Part shown: piece after piece, positions 13,083-64,000 of the stretch
Layout: each line of letters starts with the position of its first letter
Position numbering within the stretch: the stretch's first letter is position 1
Assembly: GCF_963676685.1 (NCBI RefSeq)
Contig: NC_092347.1
Span: forward strand, 61,938,001-62,002,000
Reading direction: 5' to 3'
DNA: 64,000 nt
Source of the DNA: Mytilus edulis
Taxonomy: Eukaryota
Program-made: the position numbers and the translations under genes
The notes under the pieces: model-generated
What the model was told of the DNA's origin: nothing
Seen by the model: the letters and a program-made list of their open reading frames with translations, nothing else
Database searches by the model: none

Positions 13083-13155
13083 CTAGCTTTGATCCATGAA
13101 TCATGGTTATTTCTCTGCACAATATCCAAACAGAAAAGTAGACGAAAACAAACAT
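13083..13155 (-). CDS. C1qDC exon 1 (signal peptide)
   Basis: ATG in AAAATG context, hydrophobic N-terminus, donor G|GTATGT, phase 1. Confidence 0.7.
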
Positions 13156-13835
13156 TTTGCATTCAAAGAATAGTAATTCCTTGTTTCAGAGTTACTGACA
13201 AAAAGCATTATATTTACACTAACTTGTTCGTGTGAAACCTGTTGTCCATGTTTATTTGATAGCATGTCATAGAACCATTATTGTAATATACACCTCTAAT
13301 GTGTTTTTAATCATGCTGTTTTAGTGTAAGGTTTCAATCCAAAAAATTTGCTGATGGTACTTGCTGGTTTTTTTTTTTTGAGTCTATCATTCCGGAATGG
13401 ATCAAAATTTAGCGAAAAAGAGTGTGCTAACTAAAATGTCCTGCCTGCTTTACATCTGATTGAATTAATGTTGAAAATCTGTAATATGAAGGTTTTACTA
13501 CAAGTAGCACATATAAAAATTATCAATAGGCCAAATAGGCTGGTTGTATTGCTTATAGCACCTGAGGAACAGATCAAGCCACTTAATCTTCTCTTTAACC
13601 AATGAACCATGAAAATGAGGTCAAGGTCATATGAAATCTGGCAGACAAACTGGTAATGCCATACAATTAGTCCATACACCAAATATAGTTCATCTTATGC
13701 TTATCGTATCATATCGGATAAACCAACAAAACCAAGTAAACCTATCATTGACCAATGAACCATGAAAATAGTGAAGGTCATATTAACCCTGACCGACAGA
13801 CACATACATATTGAAATCATTCCACACTGATTAAA

Positions 13836-13913
13836 CCCTTTCTTCCATAGATATTTTCGTATGCAAGATGTTTCAACTGAGGCACTACACAGGCGTCATT
13901 ATGGAGGAAAGGG
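13836..13913. mobile_element. Very short piggyBac-like MITE
   Basis: ttaa(a)CCCTTTCTTCCAT...ATGGAGGAAAGGG|ttaa. Confidence 0.5.
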
Positions 13914-13918
13914 TTAAA

Positions 13919-14365
13919 TTGGCTTTGAACTAGCTGTCAGTAACTGCAAGTTCTCTCTGATCTGTACTTAGTGCCATTTTGTTGTTGGGATGTTCAAGTA
14001 CCTGGCCTAGATGTATTTCTGTTGTATCCTCTGATGAGTTGAAGCCTTTTTCAACTGGATCTTGCTAACAAATTTAACTCAGTCACTATCTGTATGCATG
14101 TGTCTGTCCAAAGTCAGGAGCCTGTAATTCAGTGGTTGTAGTTCGTTGCTGGTTAAAAATTTGTTTTTGGCTGATTTTTTTGTTTGTTAATTAGGCCATT
14201 AATTTTCTCCTTTGAATTATTTTACATTTGTGATTTCAAGCGTTTTATAGTTGACTATGCTGTAAGGTCTTTGCTCATTGTTGAAGGCCATACGTTGACC
14301 TGTAGCTGTTAATTTCTGTGTCATGAAGAGTTGTCTCATTGGCAATCATGCCACATCTTTTTTAT
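13919..14365 (+). mobile_element. Abundant interspersed retroposon-like repeat ending GAGTTGTCTCATTGGCAATCAT.CCACATCT
   Basis: The same 3' motif recurs near 18355, 22425, 31435, 35440, 55430 and 58940, and inverted near 8165, 48950, 54497 and 55978. Confidence 0.6.
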
Positions 14366-17300
14366 ACAAAATATATTTGTGGATTTCATGACCAGCAAAT
14401 TATCCAATATGATAAAATATTTAGGTATATCATTGCAATTGCTTTAATATATGAACTCTTAAAGAGCATTTTAATGTAAAAACCCCTCACGTGCAAAACA
14501 GCTTTAAAACAGGTTTAATCCCAAGTATACAAATACTTGATTATCTTTATACAAAATAAAGTTGAAATGATAAGTAGCTTGGCAACCAAGATCATGATAA
14601 TGAATGAACATATTAGCTGTCATAGAAAAGAAGATTTAATTTATTATTGCTATTTTGAAAAATAAAGGAATCTAAAACCTAAAAAGTGAAAAATTGTTCA
14701 CATATTTACAGTCTCCAAGAATCAACACTTCACTTCAAATGCATAGACTTTTCTCACAGATTTCTAGTTCTTGGGATACGGATACAAATCAAGACATTGT
14801 AATACATTCCAGACAAGATTAGTAGAATAAGAATTGTAGACTGTTTTTTTTGGTACAGAAATTGATGTGGATATGTCTGCATCTTAGAAAACTATATAGA
14901 CCAACATTGAGTTGTTTTTTTATGAATGAGTTACATCTGTTGACCTTAAAGGTCAATATGTGTTTATATGTCATTGAGTCATTGAACGATTGGCACTTAC
15001 TGTGACATTATAACGTAACCATTGAGTTGGAAATGTACAGGAAAATGAACATAGTTAAGTCATCTATTAGCAAATAGATAAATATAATCCTTATACAATA
15101 GTACAGATTGTATGCTCTGATTTAAAGATAAAAATAAAAGATTATGCTTAAATATTTTTAATCAATGAATATTTTATACAATAAAATGTTTATAAAATAT
15201 CATAACAAGCATATTTAAAAATCAAATATATATATATATATTTATATATCTGCAGATTCAGACTGAGAAATATATTTCAACTTATATTACAAATTAACAG
15301 AGATATAAACAATAACAATATCATGTAACAGTCATGGTTGATTGGACATCACATAATATAATTTAAAAAAATGCTGCATATTCTTAACTGTTTTTAAGAC
15401 ACATTTTAATTGTATTTACAGAAAATATCATGTCAAAATAAGACCATTAATGTATAAAATTAAGGATATATACTGGAATGTTTGACATGAGAGGGAAAAG
15501 ATAATTTTTTTCTGGATCAAAATTAAAAAAATTATCCACAATTAAATCCTCCCAACCTTAAAAAAAATTGTGTAAGGGGAAGTAATATATGTTTTTCAAA
15601 TATGACCTTAACTTAAAATTTAGTTGAAAACTATTTTAGAAAAAAACATAACTCGTGAATATTTCACTTAATTTTCATGCAATTTATGAGTACTTTATTT
15701 CCATGCTATTCATGAAATAAACAATTAGTTCATATATAAAAGAACATTTTTTTTTCTTAAAATGAGTAAACTTAAATGTTTTTATTTGATTAAAATATCG
15801 GTATGTCTAGCCCTAGTTGTGTTATTAATGAATTTTCATTTTTTTTATAATGTTTTTTTAATGTGTATGTATAAATCTGATGAATGAATTCGATGATTTC
15901 AATGATACATAGAGTGTTAAACAATTAATGATATCAAAGCAATGAATAAATTCCACAAAGAAATGATTGTTCCCATGCAGAAAATACATTCAGATTATTA
16001 TTTCACAATACAGCTATGAAATATTTATGTTTAAGAAATTCTTTTAAAATATTTTAATGACTTCAAAATTGAAGAAATAAATGCAATAATTGGTCAAGTA
16101 ACATAAGGACATTTGAATTTGAACTAAAAAAAAGATTTTCCTGTTTAATAATTTCATAGTTCTACACAATTTTGACTTTTCTTAGATGTGTTTACTCATT
16201 AATGCACCAAATATAATTTAAGTGACTTTATAACTAGTTCACATAGTGAAAGCAGAAATTTTTCATAAAAATATATATTATTTTTTTTTTTAATAGATCA
16301 ATTAAATATTTCTATAAAGTTCACAAAAATTCAAAGTTTATAAATATCAGTATTTTCAGATCTCTAAAACTGCTCTCTTAAACAATATAAAATTTACCTA
16401 CAAATTTATGATTTTCTGATTACCAACTCTTCAAAATCAATATTGATTTGTCAGCCCACATTGATTACATCTAATATGATTACAAAACTTACAATGAATT
16501 GATAAAAATGGAAATTCTTATTATATTGAATCCTAAATGATTTCTGATGTGTGCAGACTACAGAGTTATGTTCCACACTTACCCAAAAATATTATAAAGG
16601 ACCAGAGGACACATAATTTTGCAGTTAATTGAATTCCACTTTTTTGTTTTCTCCTACCTTTTGGAAGAATAAACAAATTTTCTATGAAACTTTTGGTAAA
16701 CAAAAAAAGCAAGATTGATATCTATTTAATGAATAAATTAAAAATAAATATACAATATAATTAAAACTAGTATTACAAGATATAACTAATAAATAACTAA
16801 AGTATACTGGAATGTACCTATAACAATTCCTTCCTGATAAGACAAGAATTGTTTACGCAAAAAGGAACCATAACCCAATGACTTATGAAATAAAACAAGG
16901 GGCAGTAACTCTAAATTAACACAGCAGTTCTTTTTTTATGTAAAAAATAACTTAATCTTGCATGAATTAAACAAAACCTGGATAAACTATTTTCTCTTAC
17001 ATTATCAACTGTGTCTATAAAAGCACTTGGTGTCATGTAACAGCAAATCTGCTTGCCTGTAAGACTTTCATACTCCTTACCCTTTAAGTAACTATACCAA
17101 GCAGTGTGGGGGATACAGAAATTTTCATAGTGGGGGCCCACCGACTGCCTAAGAGGGAGCTCGCTCAGGTCATGCTTCAGTGATTCCCTATATAATCATC
17201 TAAATTTTTCCCTGAAAAGGGCCTCCCCCCTCTATATCCGCCTCTGCCAATAGTAAAAATGTTCAAGAAAACAGATTCTATAAGCATGATTTAACAACCA

Positions 17301-17885
17301 AAATATGAAAACAAGCAGCCAGAATATCATCAGATCATATCTATGTAGCAAATGAGGTGATATTTTATACAGAATCAGAGATTTATACTTAATCAGACAC
17401 AAACTTATAAAATTTGCATTGATCAGAGACATGTTATACAGATGTGGAGATTTGTACGTAATCAGCAACAAACATACTGCACCAATAACAGATACCGGGT
17501 ATGTTATCAATGAAGTAAAAACTTTCACAAAGACTACTTTAGAGTCTAAATATTGTTATTTTAAATGTTTACTATGTAAGATACTGGTATTGCAATGCAG
17601 AAAATTGGGAAGTATATACATTAGCCTCTAGACTAGATCCTTTAAAAACTCTGAAAAGGGACTAATTTACAGTCTTTTCTTCTCCTCAACTTAAGTTTTC
17701 AAAAATAAATAATTCAAAAAATTTATGTCAGATATCATATCAGCACTTTACAAGTTGTAAGTCATAATGGTAACCATGGTAACAAGTGATAAAATATAAA
17801 TGTTTTAACAAGGAAAGACTATGGTTTAGATAGTTTAACCCAGTCAATAAAGATTTTGGATAGAATGTTAGCTCTAAAGTCACTC

Positions 17886-60478
<42,593 letters not shown>

Positions 60479-61492
60479 CTGAAAACAAAACATAAACAAA
60501 CCGATGGAATAGCAGTTTTAATTAGTTTGAACAAAAAATTTAAGAAATTTTAATATGAACATGATTTTAAAATAATTACAGAAATGTAAATGTATGTAAT
60601 TCAAAGCGTATTGTAAAATGCATGGATCTTTGATATCTTTTCATATTGAGGAACATCACTTGGCATAAGTCAATGCTGAAGCCCTGATTTTTGAAGCAAT
60701 TTGGTATTGTAAACTAAACTAAGCTGCAACTTTAAAAATTCAAAGTATTTACTATTTTTTAAATTCATATATGGTAAAATTTGTTGCATTTTGCTAAATG
60801 AAGGGTACATGTATGTCCAGGATTTTTTTCTCATTATAAATTTTTTTATCAAAATCTCTGATGAAAATAAAATTTATCTATTTTCTAAGATAACATTACA
60901 AAATGTACATGCAGGTACCATGTGGCATGTTAAAAAGTGTTCTTATGTGAACTTGACCTAAAATACACATTTATTTGCACATATATGCACACAACATACA
61001 TGTACATGATATAGAATATTGTATAATTTATTCCTTCTGGAATTTGTTTTAAAAGAAGACAGATTATGTAAGAGCATAACTTAAGAATGTGACTCCCGCA
61101 ATAATCTTGAAGTTCATGCAGTAGCATTCATTATAATGTTTTATGACAGGAGTGAAACATTTAAGGACAGGCGTAAAAAATAAATCCAAATGTGGCTAAA
61201 TTAAAGTATTTTTTTTATATTTTTTTTAACTAAAATTTCCAAATTGAAGATTTAAGTTCATTAAACTCAACATGAATAGCCCATAATTGATCAAATCACA
61301 AAATAAGTAGTTGCATGTAAGCTGTACAGATGTGCCAATTTCAGTGTTTCTTTAAAAAGATTGCTATATTAAAATACATTTGTACCTATATTTTGATTTA
61401 TTTGATAAATAATTTTAGAACAATTAAACATAACAAGAATGATCAAATTGACAACTATTCATCAATTTACCTATTTTTCCTATCATACTACA

Positions 61493-63063
61493 ATTTGGAA
61501 GATCTTTTTTGAAACAGAATAGTTTGCCAGTAAATGTACATATCATTTGGAAAATCGTTTGAGACTGAATAGTTTATCAGTAAATGTACATATCATTTGG
61601 AAGATCTTATTGAAACAGAATAGTTTACCAGTAAATGTACATATCATTTGGAAAATCGTTTGAGACTGAATAGTTTGCCAGTAAATGTACATATCATTTG
61701 GAAGATCGTATTTGAGACTGAATAGTTTATCAGTAAATGTACATATCATTTGGAAGATCTTATTGAAACAGAATAGTTTATCAGTAAATGTACATATCAT
61801 TTGGAAGATCGTATTTGATACTGAATAGTTTACCAGTAAATGTACATATCATTTGGAAGATCGTATTTGAAACTGAATAGTTTATCAGTAAATGTACATA
61901 TCATTTGGAAGATCGTATTTGAAACTGAATAGTTTATCAGTAAATGTACATATCATTTGGAAGATCGTATTTGATACTGAATAGTTTACCAGTAAATGTA
62001 CATATCATTTGGAAGATCGTATTTGAAACTGAATAGTTTACCAGTAAATGATTGGAAGATCTTATTTGAAACAGAATAGTTTACCAGTAAATGATTGGAA
62101 CATATCATTTGGAAGATCGTATTTGAAACAGAATAGTTTACCAGTAAATGATTGGAAGATCTTATTTGAAACAGAATAGTTTACCAGTAAATGTACATAT
62201 CATTTGGAAGATCGTATTTGAAACAGAATAGTTTACCAGTAAATGTACATATAATTTGGAAGATCGTATTTGAAACAGAATAGTTTACCAGTAAATGTAC
62301 ATATCATTTGGAAGATCTTATTTGAAACAGAATAGCTTACCAGTAAATGTACATGTACATATCATTTGGAAGATCGTATTTGAAACAGAATAGTTTACCA
62401 GTAAATGTACATATCATTTGGAAGATCGTATTTGAAACTGAATAGTTTATCAGTAAATGTACATATCATTTGGAAGATCTTATTTGAAACAGAATAGTTT
62501 ACCAGTAAATGTACATATCATTTGGAAGATCGTATTTGAAACAGAATAGTTTACCAGTAAATGTACATATCATTGGAAGATCTTATTTGAAACAGAATAG
62601 TTTACCAGTAAATGTACATATCATTTGGAAGATCGTATTTGAAACTGAATAGTTTATCAGTAAATGTACATATCATTTGGAAGATCGTATTTGAAACTGA
62701 ATAGTTTATCAGTAAATGTACATATCATTTGGAAGATCTTATTTGAAACAGAATAGTTTACCAGTAAATGTACATATCATTTGGAAGATCGTATTTGAAA
62801 CAGAATAGTTTACCAGTAAATGTACATATCATTGGAAGATCTTATTTGAAACAGAATAGTTTACCAGTAAATGTACATATCATTTGGAAGATCGTATTTG
62901 AAACAGAATAGTTTACCAGTAAATGTACATATAATTTGGAAGATTGTATTTGAAACAGAATAGTTTACCAGTAAATGTACATATCATTTGGAAGATAGTA
63001 TTTAAAATAGAATAGAGTACCAGTAAATGTACATATAATTTGGAAGATCGTATTGAAACAGAA
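61493..63063. repeat. 52-bp tandem satellite/minisatellite, about 30 copies
   Basis: Unit TTTGGAAGATCGTATTTGAAACAGAATAGTTTACCAGTAAATGTACATATCA. Confidence 0.95.
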
Positions 63064-63452
63064 ATGCGAGATAAAAGTATTGCAATGCATTCAAGTACTG
63101 TCATCTATTTGATATTTACAAATTCTATAATATATCAAAACTTTTTAATATTGAGATAATGCTTGCATTGAAAATCCATCTTTTTTATAAAGCACACCAG
63201 GCCATATTGTTAGCAATGATATTATCACATTTAATTAATTAAAAAAGATAAAAATCATTAATATCTCAGAAAACTTCAAAACGTTGTGGAAGGAAGTGAA
63301 TTGTTTGAAGTTTTGAACTTTCTTTACAAAATATTTCCTTTTCAAATTGACAAATGTAAACATTATCTATTTACTTATTAGATAAATACCAGATTTGTAC
63401 CAAAGATAACAATACTTGATTTTGCCTCTTACAAATGTTAATTTAAACTTAC

Positions 63453-63458
63453 CTTCGA
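63453..63458 (-). CDS. MYO1E: candidate 6-nt microexon (Ser-Lys) of myosin-I
   Basis: tttaacattttatttttattag|TCGAAG|gtaagt; phase 0-0 fits between an ATG-ending first exon and the PYHWQ exon. Confidence 0.4.
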
Positions 63459-64000
63459 CTAATAAAAATAAAATGTTAAATATACAATATTTCCCATTAT
63501 CATGATGAATTATACATGTATGCATTTATATTTTAAATGTATTTTTGGGGGTTGTTGGTCTGTTCTTTTGATGACATATACCTTGTAGCCCTCATAAGTT
63601 ATGGAACATTTTTCAGTTTTAATATATGCCTAATTACAGTATAAACAAACAACTGAAATGCTCACTAAAGAAATTAATATATTGTGTATTTGTCAAACTG
63701 GACCAATTTACAAAATGTACGAAGATATTATTTGGATGAAACTTAAAACACAGAAAATCAAATACATGTATCACCTGTGTTTTTGTACCACAGATAAGAT
63801 TTTCTGATTAAAAATTAATGATTTCTTAAATTATAGCATCACAGAACAGAAATATAGGACCATGCTTAGGTATTTATACATGCAAGACTGCAGGTATGTG
63901 GTGCTTTAAGAGCCTGCATGGGGAGAACACTGCCTAGTGGTTCAAGATAGATTTGATCTTTTGATCCCTTGGAGTAAAAAGTCATCAATTACAACTTGTT

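Larger units (their letters stand above)
11175..13155 (-). pseudogene. Secreted C1q-domain-containing (C1qDC) gene, 3 exons, exon 2 frameshifted
   Basis: Exon 1 13155-13083 (signal peptide MFVFVYFSVWILCREITMIHGSKL). Exon 2 12363-12290 (74 nt, stops in all frames). Exon 3 11569-11175 with an intact gC1q domain (FDKVWSNIGNDYNPQSGVYTSPKNGVYHFS...LDLKKGDKV...FSGFLI). Confidence 0.7.

Noticed and set aside
14031-14060. CTGATGA-GTTGAA...TTCAAC as a hammerhead
   Set aside because: The hairpin is followed by TGGAT, not GAAA, and there is no stem III or stem I.
61493-63063. CRISPR array
   Set aside because: Contiguous repeats without unique spacers, in a eukaryotic intron with no cas genes. The same applies to the 106-bp and 91-bp arrays.

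Overview
AT-rich, intron-rich animal DNA. The repeat landscape (HINE/Helentron-like elements, TIR MITEs, SINE tails) and the C1q-domain gene suggest a bivalve mollusc, probably Mytilus-like; this is inference. Four genes were reconstructed by hand from splice sites and reading phase. (1) First coding exon of ADP-dependent glucokinase (minus, 79-251), missed by the ORF track. (2) Head-to-head with it, a complete 8-exon metaxin-1/3-like gene (plus, 517-8876, 328 aa). (3) A 3-exon secreted C1q-domain gene (minus, 11175-13155) whose middle exon is frameshifted. (4) A long-tailed class I myosin (MYO1E/F-like; minus, 17886-60478; 30 exons, 1112 codons plus stop) whose start codon was not found in the window. 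The myosin gene has a clear U12-type intron, small symmetric exons (15 and 33 nt, plus a candidate 6-nt one) and three separate exon-edge duplications. Its introns hold a 3.3-copy tandem array of a 441-bp tRNA-headed, highly structured element, two decayed minimal hammerhead ribozyme motifs, a duplicated intronic segment hit by two different transposons at the same TTAA, and a 52-bp satellite.
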